This document shows, one piece after another, positions 9,823-20,912 of a stretch of 64,000 bases of DNA. The notes under the pieces are model-generated. The model ran no database searches and was not told where the DNA came from. It saw only the letters and a list, made by a program, of their open reading frames with translations. Position 1 is the stretch's first letter; every line of letters starts with the position of its first letter. The position numbers were made by a program, and so were the translations under genes. The DNA is from a virus. Where the stretch lies: positions 83,638-147,637 of IMG/VR virus record IMGVR_UViG_3300049033_000018; one strand, written 5' to 3'.

Positions 9823-10599
9823 TTATTTTAAATGTATTTCTGTTTTTAATAAATCCCTTAAATCAGGAGTAATATTTTTGGTTTTAAACGTTTTGTATAG
9901 TTTCTTTGCTTTCTTGTCTTCGTTCAACCAGACAAGTACTCTTCCTGCTACTTTAAATCCAACTTGCTCCAAGAGAATCTGATAAAAGGAAAACTGAGCT
10001 GAATACTTCCCGAAATTATCCTGTATTAACTCATAATCAGGATTTACATGATATAATGGTTTTTTGTTATAAACGTCTGTTAAAGCTTTATTAGTTTTGT
10101 AATCATAAATAATAAAATTCTCTGTATCTGTATTGTATAATATACCATCACAAGTACCTGTGTACCAGTATTCTGGTGAGTACATTACTAATTCAGTTGC
10201 AACAGGAATTAAATTACTTGGTAAATCATTGATAAACTGTATAGCTCCCAAACTTTGTTTATCGAATGGAATTGGTCTCTCACATTCCTGAAAAAATTTC
10301 CAACGTACATAATCTTCACCTAATAAGTGAACTTTACTCCCATGAGCATTAGCTATATCTCCTTCTCCTTCCCATGCTAATTTGACATCTTCAACCTCAA
10401 GACCTCTGTCTTTTGCCCACTTAGGAGCAATCCCATCTGTATCAAATTCATCATATAAGTGTTTCAGTAATGATGAGACCGATTTGATTGGTCTATCACT
10501 ACCCTCTATACGATAAATGTGCCCCTCCTGTTGGAAGGACACTTTTTTAAATGGCTCTTTTAATTTTTCATTAATCTTCTTTATTAGCTCGTAGTTCAT
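9823..10599 (-). CDS. PD-(D/E)XK (Cas4/RecB-like) nuclease
   Basis: H.Y, SVS, G..VH, TE, GTCD, IYDYKTN, YSAQFSFY motifs. Confidence 0.8.
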   Translation of the reverse strand: MNYELIKKINEKLKEPFKKVSFQQEGHIYRIEGSDRPIKSVSSLLKHLYDEFDTDGIAPKWAKDRGLEVEDVKLAWEGEGDIANAHGSKVHLLGEDYVRWKFFQECERPIPFDKQSLGAIQFINDLPSNLIPVATELVMYSPEYWYTGTCDGILYNTDTENFIIYDYKTNKALTDVYNKKPLYHVNPDYELIQDNFGKYSAQFSFYQILLEQVGFKVAGRVLVWLNEDKKAKKLYKTFKTKNITPDLRDLLKTEIHLK

Positions 10600-11242
10600 C
10601 CAGAATTTCTTTTACTTTGTCACTTGTAACAACTCCTGTAAGTCTATGAAGAACATTTTCTTCTTCATCAATAAACACAAGGGTTGGTACATTTCTTACA
10701 TTAAATTTCAAAGTGGTTTCTGGTTCAAGGTCTGTATTGATTGTTTTAATTGGGAAATCGTGTCCATCTAATACTGTTGTTAATGTTCTACATGGAGCAC
10801 ACCAATCGGCATAAAATTTTAATATTTTTACACTTTTGACTGTATCTTCCAAACTATCATCAAACAACTGTTTTAAATCTACAGGTTTATAATTAGCTGG
10901 CTTGATTACTTTACCTTGTTCATTTTTATGAACTTTGCCATTTTCATCTAATTTACTCATATTATTAGCATGAACTAAATCCCAAGCATCCCCCAATAAA
11001 TGAATTACTCCTGCTTCTTGAGCTGTTCCATTAGCAATATAATGAATATCAATAACTGCATCAATAGTTTCAACTGGGTCTCCTGCCAGAAGAGCCTTTT
11101 CAAGTTCATTTACTTCTTCTCTAAGAAAATCCATTCTAGCCTGAATCCTCTCTTTCATGTCTCCTCTAGTAAATAAATTTCCTTCTTGCTCCTCAGCAAT
11201 CTTCTCTTGAAATTCTCTAATGTCTTTAATTTGTTTCTCCAT
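10571..11242 (-). CDS. MazG-like (PRA-PH family) NTP pyrophosphatase fused to thioredoxin
   Basis: EEVNEL, DAVID, VHANNMSK, GKVIKP in the N-terminal part; KFYADWCAPC and VPT in the C-terminal part. Confidence 0.85.
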   Translation of the reverse strand: MEKQIKDIREFQEKIAEEQEGNLFTRGDMKERIQARMDFLREEVNELEKALLAGDPVETIDAVIDIHYIANGTAQEAGVIHLLGDAWDLVHANNMSKLDENGKVHKNEQGKVIKPANYKPVDLKQLFDDSLEDTVKSVKILKFYADWCAPCRTLTTVLDGHDFPIKTINTDLEPETTLKFNVRNVPTLVFIDEEENVLHRLTGVVTSDKVKEILDELRANKED

Positions 11243-11544
11243 TCTTATTTTTTAAAAAATATTGTCCATTTTCGCAACATGGTTGCATTTCTTGTATAGC
11301 TCTACAGAACATCTCCCCTCTAGTTTCATCAGGAATCTCTTCAGGGAAATCTTCTTCAGTGCTATAAAATATAAGCCCGTAATTCCAAACATCATAATCT
11401 AATGAGAATGTAACTACTTCAAGCTTATTTTTTTCTTCAAAAGTTAAAAACTTTAACTGATAATCTGGGAAAAATTCCCCAGCAAATTTAGGTCCTAGTA
11501 CAGAGCTTACAAAAAACTCTTTTACTCTATATACTTCTTTCATG

Positions 11545-13848
11545 TTAATGTATCCAGTGGTCTCCTTGAACAGCTTCAGCTTTCATAATAGGAGGGTTTA
11601 AAAATATGTTGGCTCCATCTGTCATGTTTCTTTGAATAAATTCCATACAAAATTCATTTCTTTCAGGATTAAATGATTCTAATCCAATCTCATCATGAAC
11701 TGCTACAATAAGTTGAACATCATCAATTTTTTTCTCAATAAGTTCATTTCTCATCATAATTAGAGCTGTCTTGGTTTCAGAGCTACTAGTTCCTTGAATT
11801 CTATAGTTAGTTGATTTTCTTTGTAATGAGCCTCTAATCCCAAAATATTTTCTCCAAATATTCTTTAATTCAGGATATTTTTCGTTAATTTCCTCTTTCA
11901 AACTTGCCTTTTCTTCTCCACTCATTTTACCTCTTTGGAAATACTCTTCAGGATAATATTCTTTTGCCTGTTCATTAACTCTTTCCATTTCTTCAAAATC
12001 ATCATTAAACCATCTTCTATCAACTACTTGGTCAATTTGTATGTATTTATTTTTGAAGGTATGGGTTGCCCATTTATCCATTGCTTGCTTTAATTTAGGA
12101 TATGCTCCAAAATAATTATCTATAAATACCTGAGCCTCATCTTTAGTTAATCCAAAATCCTCAGCAAAACCTTTAGCTTCTTTTCCATATAAAAGACCAA
12201 ACGAAATGATTTTAGCTTCATCTCTTTTCTTTTTGTGAAATTTAGTAAATCCATCAGTTTTATTTGCTGGGAAATCTTCAGCATCTGGATTATGAGCCTT
12301 GTTCATATTATTAGCTGTATAGGTGTGATTATCTTCACCATATATCGGATGTCCATTAATAAAGAAATCAAGTAATACATCTTCTTCAGCTAAACAAGCC
12401 ACAGTTCTAACTTCTTGGTTACTAAAGTCAGCGAATATAAGAGTATTTTTTTCATCTAAGACTTTAAATGCATCCCTGTATACTCCTCCAGGAATTTGTT
12501 GAACGTTTGGAGCAGAACTTGCCATTCTTCCAGAGTTAAGAATTTGTCTAAAATTGGTATGAACTCTGTGAGTAATTGGGTGAACGTATTTCAACCACTC
12601 CTTTCCAAAAGTAGTAATATTCTGTTCTGACCTTTTAAATAATAGATAAGCTAAAATAAGTCTTTGATGGTCTTCAATAAAATTTCCATTTTCATCCTTT
12701 TCAAAGCCAATCCAAGTTTGTTCTTGATAATTCGTTTTAAACTCATTTTTAAGGGTTTTTAGAAGAGCTGTGGCACCTACAGTCCAATCTTGCTTTTTAG
12801 TCTGTTTACTGAACTCTTTAGGACATATTTCAAGGTATCTGAATAGTTCTACTACTTGGGTTGAGGAACTCCATTGAATCATACATCTTTGTTCATAACC
12901 AAATAGGTTAGCAGGTTCTACAAATTTAGGATAGAAATATTCAATATATGAATTAAGTTCAGCTAATCTTATGTCAAAATGGGTCTTTTGCTCATTAGCA
13001 ATTCCTAACCAAACTTCTTTACTAAATGGCATTCCATTTAACTCCATATCAGCTATACACTGAGTAAATGAATTTTCCATTCTGAATAATTTCTGAGGCA
13101 TATATACTTCTCCATTTGAAAGCTTTCTTCCTAAAAGTTGTCTCTCCATTATTAAGATAGGATAAAGAATATCATCAGAACCATACAGAATTTGTTTTGC
13201 AGTAAATTTCTTGGTTCCAATAGTAACAAATTGCATCCTTGTAGACTTGTCAATCTGTTCAGAATTAGCTATCTCGAATGGAGTCAGTAAGTGTTCATTC
13301 TCTTCAATAAAATCGTCATTAAGGGTTGATTCTCTCTCTCTTTCAAAAAGGTTAATATCTTCTACTTTTTTGACATCTAAATATTCATAAGCCATTCCAG
13401 CTAGAGAGAAACTTCTTTGAATACCATTATAAAGACACATCTCAGCAATCATACAATCCCAAACCTTTTTAAGGCGAAGACCATACTTATGTCTTAAATG
13501 CTTCCCTTCAAACTTTAGATTAACTCCAATGAAAGTACACTCCTTATTCCAATTAATAAAATCAAGAATAGGGCTTAATTCCCACTGAGTGTAATCTCTG
13601 ACATCAATAACATAAATCTTTTCTAGATTACCTATCTGAAGCATTACTACATTTGATAGGTATGGGTCTAAACCTCCTTTATATACATCTGATTTTGATT
13701 CTTTCCTTTTCTGAAACTTTCTTGTAGTCTCAATATCAAGCCCTAGTAACCTCTTATTTTTAATGAACTGATAACACTCATCAATAGTAGCATAGTCTTC
13801 TACTCCATCAACTTTGTATTTTCCAATAAAATAAGTTTTAGTTTTCAT
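11545..13848 (-). CDS. polA: DNA polymerase family A with 3'-5' exonuclease domain
   Basis: GLDIETT (ExoI), SGRMASSAPNVQQIP, motif A ADFSNQEVR, motif B RDEAKIISFGLLYG, NYRIQGT, motif C VHDEI. Confidence 0.95.
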   Translation of the reverse strand: MKTKTYFIGKYKVDGVEDYATIDECYQFIKNKRLLGLDIETTRKFQKRKESKSDVYKGGLDPYLSNVVMLQIGNLEKIYVIDVRDYTQWELSPILDFINWNKECTFIGVNLKFEGKHLRHKYGLRLKKVWDCMIAEMCLYNGIQRSFSLAGMAYEYLDVKKVEDINLFERERESTLNDDFIEENEHLLTPFEIANSEQIDKSTRMQFVTIGTKKFTAKQILYGSDDILYPILIMERQLLGRKLSNGEVYMPQKLFRMENSFTQCIADMELNGMPFSKEVWLGIANEQKTHFDIRLAELNSYIEYFYPKFVEPANLFGYEQRCMIQWSSSTQVVELFRYLEICPKEFSKQTKKQDWTVGATALLKTLKNEFKTNYQEQTWIGFEKDENGNFIEDHQRLILAYLLFKRSEQNITTFGKEWLKYVHPITHRVHTNFRQILNSGRMASSAPNVQQIPGGVYRDAFKVLDEKNTLIFADFSNQEVRTVACLAEEDVLLDFFINGHPIYGEDNHTYTANNMNKAHNPDAEDFPANKTDGFTKFHKKKRDEAKIISFGLLYGKEAKGFAEDFGLTKDEAQVFIDNYFGAYPKLKQAMDKWATHTFKNKYIQIDQVVDRRWFNDDFEEMERVNEQAKEYYPEEYFQRGKMSGEEKASLKEEINEKYPELKNIWRKYFGIRGSLQRKSTNYRIQGTSSSETKTALIMMRNELIEKKIDDVQLIVAVHDEIGLESFNPERNEFCMEFIQRNMTDGANIFLNPPIMKAEAVQGDHWIH

Positions 13849-14283
13849 TTATATTAATTTTAAAGCTTCCAATAAACCTGTTTCTAAAGCTTCTTCGTAG
13901 GTTTTATAAGATGTATAGTTATATTTTCTTTCCCAAGGTTTCCCTATTCTGTCTTCTTGTACAGGGTTTACAATATTAATTTCATATTTAAATTCTCCTG
14001 CTGTTGAATTACTAACATATACACGAAGTTTTTTCACTTCTCTTAACCATTTTTGTAAGAAAGATTGAGTTGGTTGAGTACATTCAATATCTGGATTTTT
14101 AAATTCTTCTGAATCTGTATCATATAAATGAACTTTATCATTAATATTCCACTTCTTCATTTGCATATATCCTGATAAATTGCTAGATTTTCCTTCGGTA
14201 TTAAATGTTTTTCTACAGAATTCATTGAATCCTTTTGCTTTAGCTAGTTTAGCTGTTTCAAATGTTACAAACTGTTCTTCCAT
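13849..14283 (-). CDS. Conserved hypothetical Bacteroidetes-phage protein
   Basis: VTFETAKLAK.KGF...PTQS.LQKWLRE...TYEEALE pattern. Confidence 0.7.
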   Translation of the reverse strand: MEEQFVTFETAKLAKAKGFNEFCRKTFNTEGKSSNLSGYMQMKKWNINDKVHLYDTDSEEFKNPDIECTQPTQSFLQKWLREVKKLRVYVSNSTAGEFKYEINIVNPVQEDRIGKPWERKYNYTSYKTYEEALETGLLEALKLI

Positions 14284-14759
14284 TATTCATAATTTCTGGT
14301 TAAACTATCACAGTATTCATTCCATTTATTACCATCATGACCACGAACCCATTCAACTTTAATGTTAACATTTCTTAGTTTATGAATTTCTAGCCACAAT
14401 TCCAAGTTTTCCACCTTCTTATTAGTAGAAGTTTTCCAACCTTTTCTCTCCCAACCTTTACACCACTCATTATATCCTTTTGAGCAATATTGAGAATCAG
14501 TAAAGATTGTCACTTGAGTAAATTTATCTTTTGTTGTTGATTCATTCTCTAATACAGAGAGTGCATAAAATAAACCGTTTTTTAGAGCCGTTAACTCCAT
14601 GATATTATTTGTTGTTTCTTTATCACTCCCCCATTTTTCAGAATAAACTTCATCATCTTTTACTACAACCATAGCCCAGCCCCCATCTCTGGTAGACATT
14701 TGGCAGCTTCCATCTGTATATATTTCCATATTCAAAAAATGGGGATTAATTACCCCCAT
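14283..14759 (-). CDS. rnhA: Ribonuclease HI
   Basis: IYTDGSC, TTNNIMEL, TDSQY, WVRGH, NEYCD; true start probably the MEIYTD ATG. Confidence 0.92.
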   Translation of the reverse strand: MGVINPHFLNMEIYTDGSCQMSTRDGGWAMVVVKDDEVYSEKWGSDKETTNNIMELTALKNGLFYALSVLENESTTKDKFTQVTIFTDSQYCSKGYNEWCKGWERKGWKTSTNKKVENLELWLEIHKLRNVNIKVEWVRGHDGNKWNEYCDSLTRNYE

Positions 14760-15288
14760 CTAATTCATCCTCAATAAATTCTTTTGTTGCTTGTATCATA
14801 TGAGTGAAGAACATTCCATGAGCAATTTCTACTGAAGTCTCAGCTTCTGTAATCCCTGCATCTGCATCCATTTTAATGACTCCTTCAGATTTGGAAAATT
14901 TAATCTTTCCTTTTTCTGATTTTTCACCAGTGTTGTTGTCTCTTACTTCAATTCTAACAATATAAGTTTTGTCTTCCAAATCTTCATCGTTAAAATAAAT
15001 TGTTCCTTTTTCTTCATGTTCGTGATTTAAAACTCCTGCTTCCATATTGGCAAAGTTTAAAAAATCTTCCATAGAAATTGGAGTTAGAGCTGTTTTAACC
15101 ATTGAAGCTAAATCTTGTGGTTTACTTTGTGCTTTAGCAGCTTCTGTTGTTATTCCAACTGCACTGTCTGCTCTAGCATCAGCTTCTCTTAATGCTTCTC
15201 TTTTTTTAGCCATTTCTGACATGTGTTGTCCTAGATTTTTGTCTTCTCCTAAACTCATAATGTTGTTTTTAATTGTTGTTAATTATAG

Positions 15289-15346
15289 TGCAAATATAAG
15301 GAAAATAATTGTGATATACAACTATTATTTGTTAATATTTTGTTAA
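15289..15346 (-). promoter_or_regulatory. Promoter with TTAAC box
   Basis: TATATTTG at 15291-15298; GTTAA at 15331 and 15342. Confidence 0.7.
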
Positions 15347-15870
15347 AATTCTAAAGCTTCATTAAATTTATCAAAAGCTTCTACGAAATTGGTTCTCTCT
15401 GTAATTGAAGCTCTCACAACTCTCATTCTTTCAACCATCAGTTTCCAGGAATTGGGGAAAGCTTTTTCAAGTCCAGTAAAGTCCAGTCTATCAAGATACT
15501 TAGTGTCTAAAAGTGTATGTTCTTCCCATGTAAGATAAATACAATTCATCTCATGAGACTCAACTGATTTATGATTTCTTTTAGGAAATAGGTGACATAT
15601 ATTAACTTTGGTAGGGTAAGGTATCATTCTATTTGATTCTTCACTATATTTAAATTTATATAGTATCTCTATATGCTTTTCAAAAAATGTCTCCAAATTC
15701 TTGTTTTTTGGCTTTGGTTTTCTTTTAATTGAAGTAGTACTTCTGACTATAGGTTTTGCATCCTGTTTCATTGTACATGACTTACATCTATGTTTACTAA
15801 AGATATAAGTTTCTTCCCCACATATTACACACTTTTTCTTTTTCTGCTTAATAGGCATCTTTCTTATCAT
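15343..15870 (-). CDS. Zn-finger / HNH-like nuclease
   Basis: CVIC..CKSC and NICHLFPK...NCIYLT.EEH. Confidence 0.55.
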   Translation of the reverse strand: MIRKMPIKQKKKKCVICGEETYIFSKHRCKSCTMKQDAKPIVRSTTSIKRKPKPKNKNLETFFEKHIEILYKFKYSEESNRMIPYPTKVNICHLFPKRNHKSVESHEMNCIYLTWEEHTLLDTKYLDRLDFTGLEKAFPNSWKLMVERMRVVRASITERTNFVEAFDKFNEALEF

Positions 15871-16823
15871 AGTATTTCCATAGTATAAGGTTTGAATGGA
15901 GTAAAATATAATTTATTTACATCACTTTCAAATATAAATGTTCCCTTAGAGGTGTACATTGTATAATTTGAAGCTGCATCTGTAAAATATCTCCACCAAC
16001 CTTCTTGACTTTTGTAGTCTATAAAGAAATTTTCTACAGTAAGAGGGTTAAAATCTACTGTTGCAGTAAATCTTTTTCCATTTAAAAGTAAAATTACTCT
16101 GAAATTAGTTTGTTCAACCTGAATATTCATTGCTTTGATTAACTTTTTAGGAGATTCTTTGAATCTATTTACTTCATCAATCAAATTTAATAGAACATCA
16201 TAAGAAACTGTACCTAAGATTTCTAGTATATTTCTTATTTCCTTTTCAAATTGCTTTTCTTTTAGTTCTTTATCCATAATATCATCCACAACATCCTGTT
16301 CCAGGTTGTAATACTTGTAATGATAGAATATTCTATTAGGTCTATTCTTTAGATAAGTACTAATTTTCTCACTATTAGAGGTAAATAAGAATAATTTCTT
16401 ACCTCCTACAGCCCCATCTAATATGGTAAGTAACTCATTCTGTAGTTCTACTGTATCATATACCTTTTCAAACTCGTCAAAAAATATGATATAGTTGTCT
16501 AACCCCGTAATATAACTTTTAAATTTTTCACCTGTGAAAGGTTCTGTGATTAATATGGTAGGAATACCTTCAGCTTTTTGACATATATAACTACATGTTA
16601 CTGTCTTACTATTTCCCTTTAACCCAGAGAATAAGGCTCCTAAATTGGTATTCCTTTCTTTGAAAGTAGTCAGGATTCTGTCTGCTACTCCATCTAGGTC
16701 ACCATAAATAACTTTAGGAAGTTCTTTTAAAGTAGTTGGTACTAATTCAAAATCAGCCTTTTCATCCTGTTGTCTTAGTGTATAGGTTTTACTCTCCACT
16801 TTCTTCGTTCGGTTCACTGCCAT
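15867..16823 (-). CDS. AAA+ ATPase
   Basis: Walker A variant GLKGNSKT, Walker B IIFFDEFEK, LLTILDG, TSN, NRPNR. Confidence 0.85.
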   Translation of the reverse strand: MAVNRTKKVESKTYTLRQQDEKADFELVPTTLKELPKVIYGDLDGVADRILTTFKERNTNLGALFSGLKGNSKTVTCSYICQKAEGIPTILITEPFTGEKFKSYITGLDNYIIFFDEFEKVYDTVELQNELLTILDGAVGGKKLFLFTSNSEKISTYLKNRPNRIFYHYKYYNLEQDVVDDIMDKELKEKQFEKEIRNILEILGTVSYDVLLNLIDEVNRFKESPKKLIKAMNIQVEQTNFRVILLLNGKRFTATVDFNPLTVENFFIDYKSQEGWWRYFTDAASNYTMYTSKGTFIFESDVNKLYFTPFKPYTMEIL

Positions 16824-17460
16824 CTTTTGGTTGTATATATTTGTTATAAGCTGTAAAATAGCATCCTTCTGAAGTGATTACTACATTGCCCAAATCTTGA
16901 TAAATTTCAATTTCTGTTTTCTTAGCTAAAACTTCTTTCTTATAAGTTTGCATCACTTTTACTAATTTTGCATCGTCAATAGTGATTGATTCCAGAAAGT
17001 TTTTGTAATGTTCTAAATCCATTCTCAAAACTCTCACTTGGTTATCAGACTCAGAATTGTTATTAATTGTATTGATATTAATTTCCAAATTACTATCTAC
17101 CATCTTGAAGAGTTCATTTTTCTGAAAGAAATAATCTTGAGAAGTTTTTGTAAAGTTTATTTGAGCACCCTCAGGCTTCATATTAATAAAATCAATAATT
17201 GAGTTTAATTCCCCATACATACAATGCATCATAGGTCTAAATCCGCTTAGTGAAAATTTGTATTTATCTTTTTTAGGGTGATAAAAAACATGATAGTAAG
17301 AATAGTCAATAAATGTAATGTCACTCCCTTCTACATCTAGAAATAAATGTGACCACTCACCAGCAACTATATCTATCAGCTTGTAACCCTGTAATTGTAA
17401 TAGTAATTTCTTCATAAGTAAAAAATAGGCTCCAATTAAGGAGCCCTTATTGATTAGTAG

Positions 17461-17495
17461 TGCAAATATACGAAAAATATCTGGAACTACCAAAT
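17461..17495 (-). promoter_or_regulatory. Promoter without TTAAC box
   Basis: TATATTTG at 17463-17470 with TTTG upstream. Confidence 0.65.
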
Positions 17496-17505
17496 TCCTG
17501 TGAAT

Positions 17506-18639
17506 TTATTTTATCATTTTGTTCTTCAACTGGTCTCTGATTTGCTTCACATTTAAGATGTACTTATTGTAATCTTTAACTGGCATATCAGGTACTTTTA
17601 TCTTATGAGGATTAGAGTCAGTATTATTAACTTCTCCCTCAATAATAGCTTCCCAGAAGTCTAAGGAATCACCTTCTTTAATATCTTCTACAATTTTGTT
17701 GTTTTCCCATTGAACTACCTTTACAGGGAAGTATTGACATACTCTCATTTTAGAGTACCCACTATCTTTAGGGACAGCTACAACATCAATAGGGTTTACT
17801 AACACAGCAATAGAAGTATCTCCAAACTGTTTTAAACCACTCCAGTCTTTACAAGCCACATGGAGTCCAGTAGAACAAGAGTTATTAGGATTTGAATCAC
17901 ACTTTTCTCTTGACATAGTAACTGGTTGACCTAATTTAATTTGGAATTTACCAGTGTACTTATCAGTAAACGAGTCGGCAGTTTCTGTTTGTTTATTTAA
18001 ATCTTCTAGGTTACCCATTTCAACTTCCCCATTTTTAACAACATAGTCAAGCTTCTTAGTTTTTAACTCGTTTTGAGGTGTTTTAATAACTTTAAATTTC
18101 TTAGGAGATTTCTTTTGAACCTGTTTAATGTTTTTATATAAGTCCTCTACAGAGATTGTCTTATTTTTAACTTTAACCACATTCCTGTAAGCCACAAACA
18201 ATCCTGACTTTAAAATGGTGAAATCATGAGTCTGTAGGAACCACAATAGATTCTCTCTAGAATGCTCATTAGGGTTTCTACAAGCCAATCTCCAGAAGTT
18301 AAGATAACTCTCAACTGCATCTGTACCTTCAACTTGCTTAATCTTGTCAATTAAGTGTTTAGGAACTGACACTTCTGATACTGAAGGAATGGTAGTGATA
18401 CCTGTTACATCATCATACTTAAAGATAGAAGATTTCACAATGTCTTTAACCAGTGCTCTAGTTTCTGCTACTTCTTCTTTTTCTTCAACATCAAGCATGA
18501 AGTACTTCTTGATTTCTTCCTCTTTTTCACTGTTCTCTTTGATAAAATCCTCAGTCTCTTTAGAGACATTGGTATCAGTGATTACAATTCCATCAGAAAG
18601 AATAATAGTTAAGGATTTACCTTGTTTAATTGTTCTCAT
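17506..18639 (-). CDS. rIIB: rIIB-like protein
   Basis: NFWRL..NP, G.FVAYR.V, CD.NP..SCSTGLHV, VNP.DVVAVP, KMRVCQY; adjacent to rIIA-like gene. Confidence 0.85.
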   Translation of the reverse strand: MRTIKQGKSLTIILSDGIVITDTNVSKETEDFIKENSEKEEEIKKYFMLDVEEKEEVAETRALVKDIVKSSIFKYDDVTGITTIPSVSEVSVPKHLIDKIKQVEGTDAVESYLNFWRLACRNPNEHSRENLLWFLQTHDFTILKSGLFVAYRNVVKVKNKTISVEDLYKNIKQVQKKSPKKFKVIKTPQNELKTKKLDYVVKNGEVEMGNLEDLNKQTETADSFTDKYTGKFQIKLGQPVTMSREKCDSNPNNSCSTGLHVACKDWSGLKQFGDTSIAVLVNPIDVVAVPKDSGYSKMRVCQYFPVKVVQWENNKIVEDIKEGDSLDFWEAIIEGEVNNTDSNPHKIKVPDMPVKDYNKYILNVKQIRDQLKNKMIK

Positions 18640-20834
18640 TACGAATATATAATTTTATTGTTAGTATCTACTAGTTTCACTTCTTTCAAATAGCTTAATA
18701 AAGACTTTGAATAAATTTCCTTAATTTCAGGTTTTGACCTGTATGGAAAAGAGTCAACTATTTCTGCTATTTTCAGTAATGATGGGTGCTCAAGGGATTT
18801 CTTTAAATCAAAAGTAGATTTAGTTTGTCCAAATTTATCAAATTCTGTAACATTAATATCATGTTGATATTGGAATTTTTTATCCAAATTCTTTTTCTCA
18901 GTAGTATTAATTCCAACCTTAATTTTAAGTTCTCTTTCAATGTCTATTAAATTGTCAACATCTATTTGAGTATTGGTGTACTCAAGAAATCTTTTATAAG
19001 CATTTATTTCTTCTCTTATAAGAGCTTTATTTTCTACTAACCAACTGTTTAAAGTAGGATAAATAGTTTGTAATAATTTAACAGTGGTTTTAGCTCCTGT
19101 AATAACTGTTACATTTCTGGATATAATCTGTAGTATTCCACTTACAGCTAATTTATTCCAATCTTCAACAGAATCTACAACTACTATCTTCTGTTTTACC
19201 CCATCAGCTCCAGGAGTCCCTACTAATGTAGATAACTCTCCTTTAGTATAAGTGTACTTACTATCAAATCCAGCACTATTAAATCTAATTCTTTGTACTC
19301 CATAGTACTTCACTGAACTACCCCCTCTTTGAACTTTATTGTTTACTCTAAACTCATCTGTGATTTTATTAACATTATAGTGCTCTTTACTATTCCAGAA
19401 GTGAATACATTCAGCTAAAAACAACTTTAGAGTATTTTTGTTTATTTTTCTAAGATATTTTTTATATAATTTGATTAATCTCTTAGTAAAATTCATACCT
19501 TCCCACTGACCTAAATAGAAGTTTGTATAGTGTTTTCTTAAATATTTTCTTTCAATGAGTGATAATTTGTCTGGAATAGACGTTGCATCTTTTAAAAGAG
19601 TATAAACAGTAATCTTATGCTTATATCTTTGCATTTCATTCCATCTATTTACAAAATAATAAGGCTCAGACTCAAAATAAGTTCCCATTAATTCTTTTGC
19701 AAGACTCCTAATCTCATGAAAATTAGGAAAAGTAACTTTATTTACATCTACAGGCTCTGTGTATTTTAGTCCAGAAGTCCAAATTTTCTCTTTATCAAAC
19801 TCTATAATGTAATGGTTACTATCTACACTATCATAAAGTTTCATAAAGGTCATTTCTTCCTTAGCTAGTTCATTTTTTTTAATTTCTTTTAGTTCTGTAA
19901 AGAACTCTTTAAACCTATTAATGATAGTTCTAGCAGTATCTTCTTTATATAGAATCTGTTCTCTGTTAGGAGTAACTTGTAATTCTCCAATATTGAACTT
20001 AACTGAAATCTTTTTGTTAATGGAAGAGATTGAATCAATAACCTTTTTATCCTCAGGACCCTCAGCATAATTATAAAGTTCATTAATTTCTATAGGGTAT
20101 GCTACTTTACCTAGTAGGATTGTACTTGTATTGTTTTCTGGGTCTCTACTAGAAATCAAGAAAGTGTTGTAAGCTTGGATTTTGATTGCATTAAATGAAT
20201 TATTGAAATCAGATGAATAATCACCTTTAACAAATACATTATCAAAATATCTTAACTGATTAATGATACCTCCTTTTAAAACAGTCCAATCTCTTTTTGA
20301 AATATCTAAAGAGAAAATAAGACCATTTGGGTCTGTAGTATCCTGTTCTAATGCCAAGTCAATGTTAATCTCAGTACCATTCTTGTACATCATATAAGTA
20401 TACTTCTTACCATTGTAATTTGATACGATATGAACCATATCAGCTACAGAAAGGGCAGAGAATCTTCCAATTCCAAACATACCAATTTGGTCATTCGTAT
20501 CTCTCTTTGTAGATGAACCAGCTTTCTTAAAAACTTTATCAAATCTTTCAGGAGAAAGTCCTGTTCCAAAATCTTGAATAGACACCTGAAGCTTTGATGT
20601 ATCAGTAACAGAGTGATTGATACTGATAACTACAGGGTCATTGGTTTTCGCTTCAATATGAGAATCCCATGCATTAGAGGTGATTTCTCTAATGAATGAC
20701 TCAATTGGCTTAGAGTACAACTTAGTAGAGATAATTGTCAGAATAAATCCTAAATTGTTTGTATCAATTCCAACGGCATTCCTTGAAATATCTCCATCCA
20801 CTTTTACATTACTTACTTCTTGTTCTAGTTTCAT
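18639..20834 (-). CDS. rIIA: rIIA-like protein with GHKL ATPase N-terminal domain
   Basis: LYSKP...IREITSNAWDSH, DFGTGLS, STKR.TNDQIGMFGIGRFS, TPNREQI. Confidence 0.85.
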   Translation of the reverse strand: MKLEQEVSNVKVDGDISRNAVGIDTNNLGFILTIISTKLYSKPIESFIREITSNAWDSHIEAKTNDPVVISINHSVTDTSKLQVSIQDFGTGLSPERFDKVFKKAGSSTKRDTNDQIGMFGIGRFSALSVADMVHIVSNYNGKKYTYMMYKNGTEINIDLALEQDTTDPNGLIFSLDISKRDWTVLKGGIINQLRYFDNVFVKGDYSSDFNNSFNAIKIQAYNTFLISSRDPENNTSTILLGKVAYPIEINELYNYAEGPEDKKVIDSISSINKKISVKFNIGELQVTPNREQILYKEDTARTIINRFKEFFTELKEIKKNELAKEEMTFMKLYDSVDSNHYIIEFDKEKIWTSGLKYTEPVDVNKVTFPNFHEIRSLAKELMGTYFESEPYYFVNRWNEMQRYKHKITVYTLLKDATSIPDKLSLIERKYLRKHYTNFYLGQWEGMNFTKRLIKLYKKYLRKINKNTLKLFLAECIHFWNSKEHYNVNKITDEFRVNNKVQRGGSSVKYYGVQRIRFNSAGFDSKYTYTKGELSTLVGTPGADGVKQKIVVVDSVEDWNKLAVSGILQIISRNVTVITGAKTTVKLLQTIYPTLNSWLVENKALIREEINAYKRFLEYTNTQIDVDNLIDIERELKIKVGINTTEKKNLDKKFQYQHDINVTEFDKFGQTKSTFDLKKSLEHPSLLKIAEIVDSFPYRSKPEIKEIYSKSLLSYLKEVKLVDTNNKIIYS

Positions 20835-20849
20835 TGTTTTAATTATTTA

Positions 20850-20908
20850 TGCAAATATACAAAAAATCCCTCACATATGCAAGGGATTTAATGTTAAAAT
20901 AGTGTTAA
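20850..20908 (-). promoter_or_regulatory. Promoter with TTAAC box and overlapping hairpin
   Basis: TATATTTG at 20852-20859; AAATCCCT/AGGGATTT hairpin; GTTAA at 20893 and 20904. Confidence 0.75.
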
Positions 20909-20912
20909 AATT

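Noticed and set aside
9823-10599. CRISPR-associated Cas4
   Set aside because: No Fe-S cysteine cluster and no CRISPR context; treated as a generic phage PD-(D/E)XK nuclease
1-13848. Introns or inteins in nrdA, nrdB or polA
   Set aside because: Reading frames are continuous with normal motif spacing in the visible parts
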